DNA of 63,882 nt, counting the filler, from Octopus bimaculoides (Eukaryota): NCBI RefSeq assembly GCF_001194135.2. It is 8 parts of 7 records of this genome, joined end to end, with 100 filler letters (N's around TTAATTAATTAA, not from the genome) between each part and the next. Parts side by side here need not be neighbours in the genome. Positions count along the whole stretch, not along the records: positions 1 to 18,612 come from NC_068981.1; 7 more parts are not named here. One strand, given 5' to 3'. The position numbers and the translations under genes were made by a program. How positions within the stretch are numbered: the stretch's first letter is position 1; each line of letters begins with the position of its first letter. The notes below the pieces were generated by a model. That model saw nothing but the letters and a program-made list of their open reading frames with translations. It ran no database searches and was not told where the DNA came from. This document shows positions 1 through 14,128 of this stretch, piece after piece.

Positions 1-738
1 TATATATATATATATATATATTGTCGTGAGTTTTCTCGTTAAAAAAATCTAAATTTCCAGATCAAAATGATTAAACGCTGCTAAGGGCGGAGTATTGCGT
101 GTGTAGATGAGTGAGCGAATGCGTGTGTGCGTTCACACGCGCGCGCCTGTGTATGCGTGTGCGTGCATGTGTATATGTGTGTATCTGCGTCTGTAAGTAT
201 CTTTGAGTCTAATGTGAGAGTATATTACATACAATGTCTCCGTAAGAATGCCATGTTTACGAATTTTTGCGTGTAAAGTTCGGATGTCTACGTAATGGAT
301 TGTCTATAACTAATGAATCGTCGCTTACTCGTGTCTGTGACTTTTTTGCTCGCGGTCATGCGTGTTTATGTAACTAAATGCTTGTCTGACTGTGCTATAT
401 ATTTTTAGTTCGCGGAAATAAATGCTCGTATTTAAAAATATGTTTGTATGATATTCGTCACTATGTACTTGTGTGCACATTGTAAATCATGTGTGTACAT
501 GTTACCGTGTATGAAGTTGTGCATTTGCAGTCTCTATAGGGAGTGTACGATAAAATATAGAATTGTCTTAGCCCACAGCTAGTCTCACAATTTCGACTAA
601 TCACCCTCTGTGGTTGCATCGTGACTAAAGAAAATTAAAAGAAAAATGTCTAATGGGATTTGGTAATGAATAAGCAACTAAATGACAAAAAAAATGCACA
701 TTTCGTCTATGATAAATATATAAGTATATATATATATA

Positions 739-771
<33 letters not shown>

Positions 772-1153
772 GTACACGCTTGTATTGATTGTGTATGCAT
801 AAATGAATAAATAAATAAATATATATATATTCATACACACATTCATACATGTATATATATATATGAGGAGGAAACGGAGTGATAGTAATCGACCAAAAGA
901 GCACAATAGCCCATTGAATAACCAGCCAACTAATTAATGAGAAAAAAAAATGTTTAACTCTTTATGTCTGACGACATAAAGTGCAGCAGTGGAATTTCTC
1001 ATATGTGTTGAATACATACATACAAACAAGGAAAAGTACATTGGAGCAGATACGTGCACAAACACACGCATATTAACACACATATTTATATTTATGACTA
1101 TGTATAATTGTATATATTTGTATGTAAGTAGATGTACTTATATGTATATGTGC

Positions 1154-1232
<79 letters not shown>

Positions 1233-1510
1233 GGTGTATATATATATATGCATGTATGTATACACACACACATATATATACGCATGCACATGTATATTAT
1301 ATATATATAAATATGTGGGTGTGTGTTTGTCTGCAGACTCCGTTATGACGTAACTAGCTTCAAGACACTGCCCTCACATGTAGAACTCAGAGAAACAAAA
1401 AAATTGACTCAACCAATATATATATATGTATGTATGTATATATGTATATTTGTGTCTGTGTGTGTATGTATGTATATACACATACGCACGTACACGCACA
1501 CATATTATAT

Positions 1511-1676
1511 AGGCGCAGGTGTGGCGGTGTGGTAGGTAACTTGCTTACCAATCACACGGTTCCGGTTTCAGTCCCAATGCGTGGTTTCCTTGGGCAAGTG
1601 TCTTCTACTATAGCCTCAGGCCGACCAAGGCCTTTTGAGTGGATTTGGTAGATAGAAACTGAAAGAGGCCCGTCAT
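1511..1676 (+). mobile_element. tRNA-derived SINE family B
   Basis: gtggc.gtgtggta...aaccacatggttccgggttcagtccca...ccttgggcaagtgtcttctactatagcc...ggatttggtaga. Copies at about 45781-45940 (+), 29908-30055 (+), 15480-15640 (+), 30608-30718 (+), 14129-14292 (-) and 19500-19655 (-). Confidence 0.82.
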
Positions 1677-2410
1677 ATGTGACCGCGTGTGCATCGTTGG
1701 CGATTTTTTCTCTGTCTTCCCTTCTTTGAGCTTTTTCTATATTTCTGATGAAGAGCTCCGCTCAAAATGTGAATTCCTCTTTCCTTTCTTTCCTTTCCTG
1801 AGCGTCCAATAACACTGTACTTATTCCACGTCCTCGCGTTGTTGTTTTTTCGTGTTTTTCGTATTTTTTCTTGATTGTTCATGTTTGAATTGACTATATA
1901 TACATATATATACTTGTGTGTGTATATGTTNNNNNNNNNNNNNNNNNNNNNNNNNNNNNNNNNNNNNNNNNNNNNNNNNNNNNNNNNNNNNNNNNNNNNN
2001 NNNNNNNNNNNNNNNNNNNNNNNNNNNNNNNNNNNNNNNNNNNNNNNNNNNNNNNNNNNNNNNNNNNNNNNNNNNNNNNNNNNNNNNNNNNNNNNNNNNN
2101 NNNNNNNNNNNNNNNNNNNNNNNNNNNNNNNNNNNNNNNNNNNNNNNNNNNNNNNNNNNNNNNNNNNNNNNNNNNNNNNNNNNNNNNNNNNNNNNNNNNN
2201 NNNNNNNNNNNNNNNNNNNNNNNNNNNNNNNNNNNNNNNNNNNNNNNNNNNNNNNNNNNNNNNNNNNNNNNNNNNNNNNNNNNNNNNNNNNNNNNNNNNN
2301 NNNNNNNNNNNNNNNNNNNNNNNNNNNNNNNNNNNNNNNNNNNNNNNNNNNNNNNNNNNNNNNNNNNNNNNNNNNNNNNNNNNNNNNNNNNNNNNNNNNN
2401 NNNNNNNNNN

Positions 2411-2464
<54 letters not shown>

Positions 2465-3073
2465 CAAATATTCCTATTTTTGAAAGTACTTGGTGTGCTT
2501 AAACTTGCATGAATATGAGAGCGAACTGCTTTTCCTCTATATTATTGTATTGAGCATTCTTTCGATATAAAGATATATCGAAAGCTCTACTGCAAACTAC
2601 ACTTTCGCACACAGGATAATCAGCGTGTTACTCTTTACGCTCGTACGTCTGTAAATATTTTTTTTTTTTTTTACACGAACTGTAATGTCCAGTACCTCAT
2701 AGTGACTAGCTGATTTAAACCGTGCGGGGATATTCAAACGCCATGTGTATTAATTTAAGAGTGGTTGTTCTTATAAAAGAATCTTAAGAATAAAATCAGA
2801 ATAACGTCAGGACAATCATTGATTGAGATACTAATCAATAAACTTATTAGTAATCTAATTTCGCATTTCGACTTTCACCTAACAGCCATTACGCAAGAAA
2901 GTTGAAGTTATCATTTAAATTTATTGTTCGATTTTGCTCCAGTTTGGTCTTATTCCCGGTAGAATTTAAGTGAGTAGCGAGTTACTATTTGCAAGCTTAT
3001 ATATCCCCAAGCTTTCCATAATCTTTCAAGTACTCAAAATCCTTCTGATTAATCTTTTCTGTTCCTAAGAGGA

Positions 3074-3236
3074 ACAAATATATATAACATACAGAAAATT
3101 GCACTACTGGGCACTGCACATATCCTACGCAAAACAATTTCAATACAGTAACCATAAGAGCATCACAGCACACACCCAAGGCACACAGAGCTGCGCTCGA
3201 TAGTGAAGTGAAAGCACGTTATAAAAATAAAACTAA

Positions 3237-3240
<4 letters not shown>
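3074..3240 (+). mobile_element. 3' end of an R4/Dong-like (REL-endonuclease) LINE followed by (TAA)n
   Basis: TNIYNIQKIALLGTAHILRKTISIQ* (TAA 3149-3151) matches the QK..LLGTAHILR C-terminus of R4-group elements; a short 3' UTR runs into (TAA)n to 3286. Confidence 0.65.
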
Positions 3241-3286
<46 letters not shown>

Positions 3287-3287
<1 letters not shown>

Positions 3288-3813
3288 CACCAGACAGTGG
3301 CCCTTGTGGCTTCTTATCTTAACTGATTGGAAGTGTTATCATGAACATTGTTTTGTCTTGGTATAAAAGAGGGGCTACAGTAAATATTTTGCTCAATACT
3401 ACAGATTTGCTTGTCGGTTATTCGACCAAAACCAGTTGAGCATAGCCCTTATTGGCTGACGGTATGTGCATTTCTGATCACGAACAGAAATACTGGGAGA
3501 ACATCATAGCTATGTCTCGAGAGGAATTCTTTAGGGTTTGAATAATAGGTGTTTTGTTCAACATCCCTAAATAACCCTTATTCAGGGACCTTTCGAGCGC
3601 GTTGGGCACTCGACCTGAAGAAAATTCTAACTGGGCCTCACCTGCAAGGTCATGGGCTGTTTATTATATGATATCACCATGTCGTGCATATATGATTGTG
3701 ATGCATGTGCCTGGTGTACCCTTATCGGACGGGTAGTCATGATGGGTATACAGTGATTCGTATATTTTACCTCAGTGTCACTTTGATGGCATGCACTACT
3801 CTCTCAATCAATC
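3287..3813 (+). mobile_element. Interspersed ~530-bp element flanked by (TAA)n on both sides; probable LINE 3' UTR or non-autonomous retroelement
   Basis: Complex non-coding sequence between two TAA arrays. Recognised from memory as an octopus-type repeat; no second copy in this window. Confidence 0.45.
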
Positions 3814-3836
3814 AATAATAATAATAATAATAATAA

Positions 3837-3903
<67 letters not shown>

Positions 3904-4015
3904 GGTGGTGGTGGTGGTAAGAAGAACAAGAACAAGAACAAGAACAACAAGAACAACAAGAACAAGAACAAGAACAAGAAGAACAAGAACAAGAAAATCT
4001 AGAACGAGAACAAGA
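3814..4015. repeat. Compound microsatellite (AAT)n(AGT)n(GGT)n then (AAGAAC)n
   Basis: Read directly. Similar compound arrays at 39895-40088, 62950-63200 and 18489-18612. Confidence 0.95.
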
Positions 4016-5357
4016 ATCTTTCTTTATTCGCCACTGAGGGTTTATGTAAAAGATTGGGGACGACACAAGACAAACCAGCACAAAGAAAGAGTGGGATTTA
4101 ATCGTAACAATAATTATGATTTGTTTTATTAGCCACAGGGGCAAAATGAAGTGGACATTACAAAGACAGTAACAATTTATGTGGGAATTTACATAAAGGA
4201 TAGGGAGAAAGAAATGGAAAAGCCGGTGGAATACGATAAAAGTACACAGAGTATACAATGTGTCAGATAAACATGAATAGTGCAGTTCTCCTGATACGGG
4301 ATAAATTCCAGCTACGGCCAATCAAGGAACCCATGGATCCAGGATTACTCTGACTATACTTAAAGTACGGCCATTCAGTCCAGCCATTTTTGTCACACTT
4401 ACCCATCTTTTCACAAATTCACAGGGGCGTAGCACTTCCCTCTCCACCGTCACTTTTCTTTTCAAAGTGAGTTTAATGAATCCACGCAGTGCTTAGCTTT
4501 TATGTTTGTATCTGAAAATCTGAGAATGTGATTTTGTGATATTCATGCTATTTCTAATGGAATTAGTGACAGAAATTACAGAAAGACAATGTCTTCAGTA
4601 GATGTGGATTTGTTTCCCCACAAGCAGCCTTCGAATATTTCTATCCAAATAGGCTTTTTGACCTAATATCCACATGCTATTATTTATAGCTTTTTGTCTG
4701 TGTACTTCGAGATATTCTAAAAAAGAATTATTTTACGCTCCCTCGAAAGTTTATAGAAATTCTTTTGACGTCGAGATGATCAAAGTTCCTTCTCATGACA
4801 TAAGCTCTTAACGACTGTGTCCCAGATTCTGTGGAGTAAATAATTTCCCTTAGAAGAAACGCCGGTCCGTCACAAGATACATGTGTGTGTATCCTCATTA
4901 ATAAATTTTATATAATGATGATCTCAAACCGGTAAATTAGCTGCAAAAATTTATTAACTGCAGAATTATTTCCGAACTTAGCGCGCCAGATTGAAGATAT
5001 TTGAAAGGATACACTGAATGTAATTTGTAGAACTCTACACGTGCTCCCTTTCGGGTGGACGTCTTGTGTCTAGTTCTGGAAATTATATTTCAAATCGACA
5101 GACTACGCTGATGATCCTGCAGATATTTACTTATGTAAATTTTAACAGGTGAAACCATGGTACGTAGGTTAATAGTTTTTTTTTTTTAATTTAGTATTTT
5201 TTTCATTTGTCTTGCCCTTTTACAGTCTGTTGTGTCGCTAAATTTTTACTGAGAACATATATTTTTTTCGTGGTTAGATGATTCGGCATCTATTTCTAGC
5301 ATATAGTAGTCCACTTGTGCTGGTCGTTTCTCTTATTTTTGTATATGTATATATGTG

Positions 5358-5410
<53 letters not shown>

Positions 5411-5791
5411 GTGTGTGTATATATATATATGAGCTTATCTGTATGTGATTATTTGAGTATGTATACTTTTGTTCGTGTCTATATCTTTGTAGTTATGTTT
5501 GTGTGTTTCCCACCATAAACGTTTAATAACCAGTGCTGGTTTCTTTAGTCCTCCGTAACTTAGGACTTCGGCAAAAGTGTCTAATGAAAGAAGTGCCAGA
5601 CTTTAATACAAACAAATAATTACTGGCGTCGACTTCTTTCGACTAAATCCTTCAGTGCGGTAGCCAAGCATGGCCACAGTCTAATGATTGAAACAAGTAA
5701 AAGATAAAGGATAAAATATATACACAGACATGTGCGCACACGCATACTCAGATATCTACATGCTGGCACAAAAACTTAGTATATATATATA

Positions 5792-5824
<33 letters not shown>

Positions 5825-5861
5825 TCATAAAGCTATGACATTCATAGATTTTTTTTTTTAT

Positions 5862-6697
5862 TCTAGGCACAAGGCCTGAAATTTTTAGGAAGGGGGCCAG
5901 TCGATTAAATCGACTCCAATATGCAACTGGTACTTAATCTATCGACTCTGAAAGGATGAAAAGCAAAGTCGACCTCGGCGGAATTTGAGCTCGGAACGTA
6001 AGGACAGACGAAATACTGCTAAGCATTTCGCCCGGGGCGCTAACGTTTCTGCCAGCTCGCCGCTTTTTTATACATCCTTTATTGTTTTCTACTCTAAGCA
6101 CAAGTCACAAAAGTTTGGGGGAGGGGGTCCAGTCGATAAGATCGATCCCAGTATGCAACTGGTACTTAATTTATCGACCTCGAAAGGATGAAAGTCAAAG
6201 TCGACTTAGACGGAATTCGAGCTCGGAACTTAAAGACTGACGGAATACTGCTAAACGTTTCGCCCGGCGTGCTAACGTTTCTTATTTCTTTACTGCCCAC
6301 AAGGGGCTACACACAGAGGGGACAAGCAAGGACAGACAAACGGATGAAGTCGATTATATCGACCCCAATGCGTAATTGGTACTTATTGAATCGACCCCGA
6401 AAGGATGAAAGGCAAAGTCGACCTCAGAGGAATTTGAACTCAGAACGTAGCGGCAGATGAAATACCTATTTCTTTACTGCCCACAAGGGGCTACACACAG
6501 AGGGGACAAACAAGGACAGACAAACGGATTAAGTCGATTTTATCGACCCCAGTGCGTAACTGGTACTTAATTTATCGACCCCGAAAGGATGAAAGGCAAA
6601 GTCGACCTCGGCGGAATTTGAACTCAGAACGCAGTGGCAGACGAAATACCGCAAAGCATTTCGCCCGGCGTGCTAACGATTCTGCCAGCTCGCCGCC
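5862..6697 (-). mobile_element. Tandem array of four copies of tRNA-derived SINE family A
   Basis: Copies at about 5862-6063, 6088-6281, 6282-6466 and 6467-6697. Sense consensus GGCGAGCTGGCAGAATCGTTAG (A box)...GAGTTCAAATTCCGCCGAGGTCGACTTTGCCTTTCATCC (B box and body). Confidence 0.88.
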
Positions 6698-7818
6698 TTT
6701 TCATACTTTCCTTATTAACGACAAGAACTCCCATATGTATGTATATGTATATATACACGTACACACATACACACACGCTTGTTGAGAAAGCGCTTAAACT
6801 TTAAGACAATAATACATTTAGGAACGGCATGAATGTCACAACTCCCACCTTTTACAGAAACAAAATATATCTCTCCATATTTATTAATATGCAATAATTA
6901 ATTCAGATATTTTGTAAATATCGCTTACGAGTGGGTGCTTTGGGTAAAAGAAAATACAGGAAGAGCAGTTAATTGTGATTTAATTCAACATATTTCCCTT
7001 TCACATTCACACAATTATTGCGATGTTCCTTCAGTTTGTCTAAGCCCTGTAAAAAAACTGAGAAAGTTGGGTCTCCAGCCAGGCCTTTCGCAACACCCTT
7101 AAAGCCAGGATCTTTTCAACACCCCCTCGTGCATCTCTGATCTTCTTAAGAAGAGCATGTATGCTGCTATATATTCCTGAATTCATCTTTTAAAAAAAGT
7201 AAGAAGTCTTATATTTCATGTGTATTATGAGATACAAAATATACAATTAGCATGCCAAATATTTCTATTCATAGTAAACCATACTATTCATAGTAAACCA
7301 TACAAAGAAACAGCTACGGTCAGGTTTCATGTCAACTTAAAAACAAATGCGGTCGACTTTTGTTGGAACCGTTTACACAAGTGTTCATAATATTCCTGAG
7401 AAAGGAATGTACCCCACAACACTGCATTAAGCGTACGAGAAACTCTGTTTAAGCAGTCTGCATCCATGTTGTCGTTGTTATTGATGTTGAGTCGATCATT
7501 AATGCGAATACGGTCTTACTATAACTAAGTTGTTTATTTATCTTTCTATCTGCTTAGTTATCGCTCTATGTATCAATTTATCTATCTATCAATAATTTAG
7601 TGTGTGTCTGCGCGCGTGTGTGTGTTTGTGCGTTTGTGTGTGTGTGCATGTATGTATGTGTGTGCGCGCATGTTTGCATACATGAATGTACACATGCACA
7701 CATTCATAAACACATAACTAACTCGCAAAATATATACATACCTACTTACATATACACAAACGTACACGTGGGCGGGAAACTTCATAAATCTATCAGTCTT
7801 TCTCTTTCTATTTATATA

Positions 7819-7886
<68 letters not shown>

Positions 7887-8178
7887 AAGAGAGAGAGAAA
7901 CAAACAGACAGGCAGACAGAAAATATATGTTACTTATTTATTTCGTTTATCATTCAGGATTTCTCGTACTAAATGGTTGTATATTGTTACTACCATGGTA
8001 TGGACGTGTTCGTGATAATTTGCTCGCATTGAATAAGTCAGTGAAAAAAAAAAGAGAAAAATAAAGCTAGAGGCACTAAATATACACCAACAGAACTGTT
8101 AATATCAATGAGTAAATAGTTATATATGAGTGTGAGTATATATATATAATATATAATACATATATAAGTGTGCGTGTG

Positions 8179-8219
<41 letters not shown>

Positions 8220-9016
8220 ACATGCATGTATTCATTTCTAACTTAATGGAAATATAGTATATCTGCGTGAGAACCGCCCAGCTTTTAGCAACGCTTTCTA
8301 AACTAACTGTATAAATTTCATTCATATAAACAAACCGTGCTTTAGTCAAACGACACATATACGTCTATAAACACATGCGGATAATATTTATTAATCTCAT
8401 CGGCACACACCCTCATGCACACAGTGAAAGCCCGTGTTTAAGGAAGTATGTGAAAATGAAAGGACGAACATGCAACAGAGTAGGAGAGATAATAAAGAAA
8501 GAGGTGGATTCTTCAGACACCGGTGGATTTGCTAGTCTTATTCGTCGACTTTTAAAAAAGCCCTCTCTTACCTTTGGACATAGTCATTAAAAGTTACTGA
8601 AAAAGTACAAAAAGCGAAAGATTGTCACATCAGACTGGAATGCACACAAAGAATGGGTGAGTAAAATTTAACGTTTACACATATCGAACTGATTTAATTC
8701 TATCTACCTATCTATTTATCTTGTTTTATTTTACACACGCACACACACGCACAAGTACACGTACATATATTATACCCAATAGATACGTAATAGATAGATA
8801 GATAGATAGAATAAAGTTTGTTGCCTGTTTATTTATATCGGTATGCATTATTGCAAATGAGCATTCACGAGCATTATATATATTCATACACACGCTTTCT
8901 ACACACTTATATATGTATACGAACATATACATACATATATATATATATACACACACACATACATATGTATATGTATACACGCATATATATTTTTAACGCG
9001 CACACACACACATATA

Positions 9017-9051
<35 letters not shown>

Positions 9052-9173
9052 NNNNNNNNNNNNNNNNNNNNNNNNNNNNNNNNNNNNNNNNNNNNNNNNN
9101 NNNNNNNNNNNNNNNNNNNAAATATGCATATGCGCGCGCTCAGAACACATGTAGGCATAAATACGTGTGTGTA

Positions 9174-9212
<39 letters not shown>

Positions 9213-9719
9213 GTGTGTGTGTGTGCGTGTGTGTGTGCGTCCGTGCGTGTGTGTAACTATTCATTCAGAAAGAATTCTCAAGGAAATACGTTTCTCGGCA
9301 GTTGTAAAGTTTTTGACACCAAATATAAACAAATATTAAACATTACAAACTCTACAGCCGAATCGCAGTAATACCACTAATTAGAGACACTTTCGTATAT
9401 CCCGAGTGGTGTAGTGCAGACGTCAGTGCGTCTGGGACTGTGTCGTCTTCGTTTTTATTTTATTGAAACCAGTAAATGGTGATGTGCGAAAGGTTCGACT
9501 GTGTTTTCTAGCAGGGCGACTGATCGTATAAAAGATTCTTCTGCGTTAACCTAGAAAATGTTTGTCTTCGTGCATGTATTAATTTTTTTTTTATATCATA
9601 CCTTTTTCCTTCTCCTCTCATCCGATACCTCTAGGACAACTATATGAAATCATCCTCATCATCCTCATCATCATCATCATCATTATTATTATTATTATTA
9701 TTATTATTACTACTACTAC

Positions 9720-9893
9720 TAAGACAGACAGCTTAACTTCTTCATGTTCTGAGTTCAAATTCCGCCTTCCATCCTTTCAGGGTCGATTAAAAAAGTACCA
9801 GTTGAATACTGTATTCGATGAGATCGACTATCTCCCTTTGTGCCTATAGTAGAAAGGATTACAATAATTATTATTATTATCATCATCATCATG

Positions 9894-9980
<87 letters not shown>

Positions 9981-10870
9981 GTTGTTGTTATTATTCCTGA
10001 TAGTGGTTTCAAATTTCGGCACAGCGCTAGCAGTGTTTGAGGGAAGGGATAAGTCGATTACATCGACCCCAGTAATTGATTGGTCCGAAAGGATCAAAGG
10101 CAAGGTCGATCTCGGCGTAATTTGAACTCAGAACGTAAAGACGCTAAACATATTTTACTCAGAGTGCTAACGATTCTGTCAGCTGGCCGCCTTATCATTG
10201 CTAATAATGAAGCGGTCTGGCAGATTCGTTAGCGTGTCGGACAAAATGCTTAGTATAATTTCTTCTGGTTTAACGCTATGAGTTCAAATTCCCCCAGGAG
10301 GTCTCCTATGCTTTTCATTCTTTCGTGGTCGATAAAATAAGTACCAGTTATGCACAGGAATCATTGTAATCGACTAGGCATGTCACCATAAAATTTCAAA
10401 CCTTGTGCCTTTAGTAGAAAGGATTATTATTATTATTACGAAGGCGGCGAAGACGGTGTGCAGGTAGAATCGTTAGTACTTCGGACAAAATGCTTAGCAG
10501 CATTTCTGTCGACTTATTAGGTTCTGAGTTCAAATTCCGCCGAAGTCGACTTTGCTTTCAGCCTTCCCGGATCGATAAAAATAAATAGCAGCATTGGAGT
10601 TGATGTAATCGACTTACTCCCTGCCCCGAGCTTACTCGGCCTTGTATCAAAATATGAATCCATTTATTATTAAGGCGGCGGACCCGCTAGAATCGTAAGC
10701 GCGTCAGACAAAATGCTTCATGGTATTTCTTTTGCCTCTGTACGCTCTGTGTTCAAATCCTACTGCGGTCAACTTTGCCTTTTATCCAATCATGATTTGA
10801 TAAAATAAAGTACCAACCAAGTAGGAGGGGCGCATGTAATCAACTTGCCCTCCTCCATTCAAAATTACTG
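9720..10870. mobile_element. Cluster of five SINE family A copies in mixed orientation, separated by (ATT)n
   Basis: About 9720-9855 (+), 10010-10190 (-), 10205-10425 (+), 10440-10655 (+) and 10672-10870 (+); shared gagttcaaat...gtaatcgact body. Confidence 0.8.
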
Positions 10871-12012
10871 GTTTTGTATCAAAATTGAAAATAATAATAA
10901 TTATTATTATTATTATTATTATTATTATTTTCATTATTATTATTATTTCAGTATTAGTTATTATGAATATTTCTGTATTCATATTAACATTACATCCTTG
11001 AATGACGTGATTTGTTCGTTCGTTTGTTTGTGTTTGTTTGTTTGTTTTTTACCCTAATTATATTGGAAAAAACTCTACGTAATGATATCAAGTAGCTTAA
11101 CATTTAGGAGTGTTCGAATGGCGTTCTAAAATTTATGGGCTGATTTCCTGGATTGGGCTACACGTTGCGTCCTTGAATAAGGCACTTAACTTCACACTAC
11201 TCCATTCTACTTAACTGAAAATAAATAACATCTGAGTGCTGCTCCAGCTGCCTCAGTTGCCCTCCTCTCACGAGCTGCCATATACAAGATGTGTCACGGA
11301 TCGAGGATAGGAGAGAGCCTAGAGGATGTGAATATATGTTCACAACTTAATAGGGGGACTAAAAAGATTAGCGAAAGCATGGTGCATGCGGCCAAGCTAA
11401 ATTATCACTCGTGAGTGACAGCTGGCTATAAATACTGTATTTTACCCCATAGCTTTCAGATTATTTGTCAGATGCAATGCTTATTTATCCACGTTATTTT
11501 GAATTAATCATTTATTATCTTATAACTTTGGGATTTCAATAACGAGATTATTTTTAGAATGACATTGTAGTGTAAGTGTGAAAGATTCTGTTTAAGCATA
11601 AAACAGGTTGACTATTTGAGCCAGATTAATTGCTAGAGCAAAACTAAATCATTCTTTATGTGTGCAAGTCCTAGGAGGTTTGGTCATATATTTATCAGTA
11701 TCTGCTTTAATCATTCTTAAGGCATATAATATAGTGGATGGGGAATTCTGTGCTCGATCGCTATATTCTGGTTATCTCAATTTCCAGATTTTATATCTAT
11801 TTTAATTAATCTTCTGCCGATTCCAGTCATTAGACTGCAGTCATGCAAAAGTAATATTTTTCAAAGGCTTTTGTTGATCATATCAACTTGCAGTGTTTCA
11901 TTTTGTTCTTCCATTTATCAAATAGCTATCTTGACAGAAGTATACACTCACGCATATGCGTAGGTGTGTGAAAGCATGATTGTGTGTATATGTTTGAACA
12001 CAAACACACACT

Positions 12013-12071
<59 letters not shown>

Positions 12072-13365
12072 NNNNNNNNNNNNNNNNNNNNNNNNNNNNN
12101 NNNNNNNNNNNNNNNNNNNNNNNNNNNNNNNNNNNNNNNNNNNNNNNNNNNNNNNNNNNNNNNNNNNNNNNNNNNNNNNNNNNNNNNNNNNNNNNNNNNN
12201 NNNNNNNNNNNNNNNNNNNNNNNNNNNNNNNNNNNNNNNNNNNNNNNNNNNNNNNNNNNNNNNNNNNNNNNNNNNNNNNNNNNNNNNNNNNNNNNNNNNN
12301 NNNNNNNNNNNNNNNNNNNNNNNNNNNNNNNNNNNNNNNNNNNNNNNNNNNNNNNNNNNNNNNNNNNNNNNNNNNNNNNNNNNNNNNNNNNNNNNNNNNN
12401 NNNNNNNNNNNNNNNNNNNNNNNNNNNNNNNNNNNNNNNNNNNNNNNNNNNNNNNNNNNNNNNNNNNNNNNNNNNNNNNNNNNNNNNNNNNNNNNNNNNN
12501 NNNNNNNNNNNNNNNNNNNNNNNNNNNNNNNNNNNNNNNNNNATATATATATATATAATATTATATATATGTTTATAAAACTTATGACGCATGCAGGGCG
12601 GTTATTATGTTTCTCCAAGTCATCAGACCTCCATGTGTTACCAGTTTACCATCGCCGCCGAATTTTTTTTTCTTATTGGAGTTATTACTGCCCGTCCCGT
12701 ACAGAACTTTAGGTTCAATACGGCTTCTACAAAACTCGTAACCCTCTTTGCCCAACAAGTATCATCTAGAGACAAACCGGGGAATAAACTGTCAGATGTC
12801 CAAATAGCTCGTTAGGTGTACGTGCGTCAATGTGTGCACGCGTGTTTATGTGTATGTGTATATATATATGTATGTATGCATGTATGTATGTGTGCACGTA
12901 TATATGTATGCATGTGTGAGTATGCATGTATCTATGTATGTATGAGTATGTAAGTATGCATGTATGTATGTTTGTATGTATGCATGTGTGAGTACGCATG
13001 TAGTGGAAGTATATGGTTAGTGGTAAGGATGTTGCATTTATGATCGTAAGATTGTGGTTTCGATTCTAGAACCAAGCGATGCATAGTTTTCTTGAGCAAA
13101 ATACATCATTTTACGTTGTTCCAGTTCACGCAGATGGCAAAAACGAGTAATCATACGATGGGCTGGCATCCTGTCCAGTGGGGGAGAGTGTATACGCCAC
13201 AGAATCCGGAAAACCGGGCTTATGAGCCTATGGCTAGGGGAAGGATTTCTTTTATTTGTTTGCATGATTGTATGTATATATTTGTCTATGCATATTTAAC
13301 GGACATCTACATTATTTCTCTCAACTAAATTCCAGTCACAGATCCTAAGTTAAAACTAAGTTACA

Positions 13366-13600
13366 GTTGAAAACATTTTCCTCTCGGTATCATGCTCGAT
13401 ATGCCTACGTCTTGAGATATTTTGTTAATATTTTCCCCCCTTTCTTTACGATATGTATCGTTTGTCGTCTGTAGGAAATAACACATGTACTACTAGACAT
13501 TTGTTTTCTTGGATATCGTTCATAATAATATCTGGGTGATTCCCCCAACCACTACCATTCTCACTGTTTTTGTGATTTGGCGTGTTCCATAGCACGATAA
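13366..13600 (-). pseudogene. Degenerate REL (PD-D/ExK) endonuclease fragment of an R4/NeSL-type LINE
   Basis: VIVLWNTP...NHPDIIMNDIQENKCLVVHVLFPTDD...GKY...ERKMF resembles ILWD..I.T...ANRPDIV..DK..K.C..ID...P.D...KY...RMW; contains stops. Confidence 0.5.
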
Positions 13601-13872
13601 CCTTTATCATTCTTTGAATCCGTTTCAACTTCATCATTTGTACTATTACAACTTTTTTATATTTTTTTTTTTATCACGTTGTTATAATTTCATACGGATT
13701 CTACTGCTGTTTTCCAAAGGTATGTGTGCTATTGTCTTTTGAAGAATGCGCTGTTGTTTTTGTTTGCTCAGTTATAGAGTTTTTATTTGATGTTTCTGCT
13801 CGATTATAGTTTTTTTTTTATGTTTCTGTATTAGTGTTTCATCAGTTCATTGTGTAGACCTAATTCTTTTAT

Positions 13873-14070
13873 ATGTTTCAGTCATTTGACTGCGGCCATG
13901 CTGGATCATCGCCTTTAATCGAACAAATCGACCCCCCAAGACTTATTCTTTGTAAGCCTAGCACTTATTCTATCGGTCTCTCTTACCGAACCGCTATGTT
14001 ACGGGGACGTACACACACTAACATCGGTTGGCAAGTGATGGTTGGGGACAAACACAGACACCCAAATACG
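13873..14070 (-). mobile_element. SINE-like family C (...ccagcatggcc.cagtc.aatgactgaaacaagtaaaaga)
   Basis: Homologous copies at about 5520-5710 (+), 37385-37550 (+), 56725-56920 (+) and 57150-57209 (-). Confidence 0.75.
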
Positions 14071-14081
14071 TAGATGCATAT

Positions 14082-14128
<47 letters not shown>

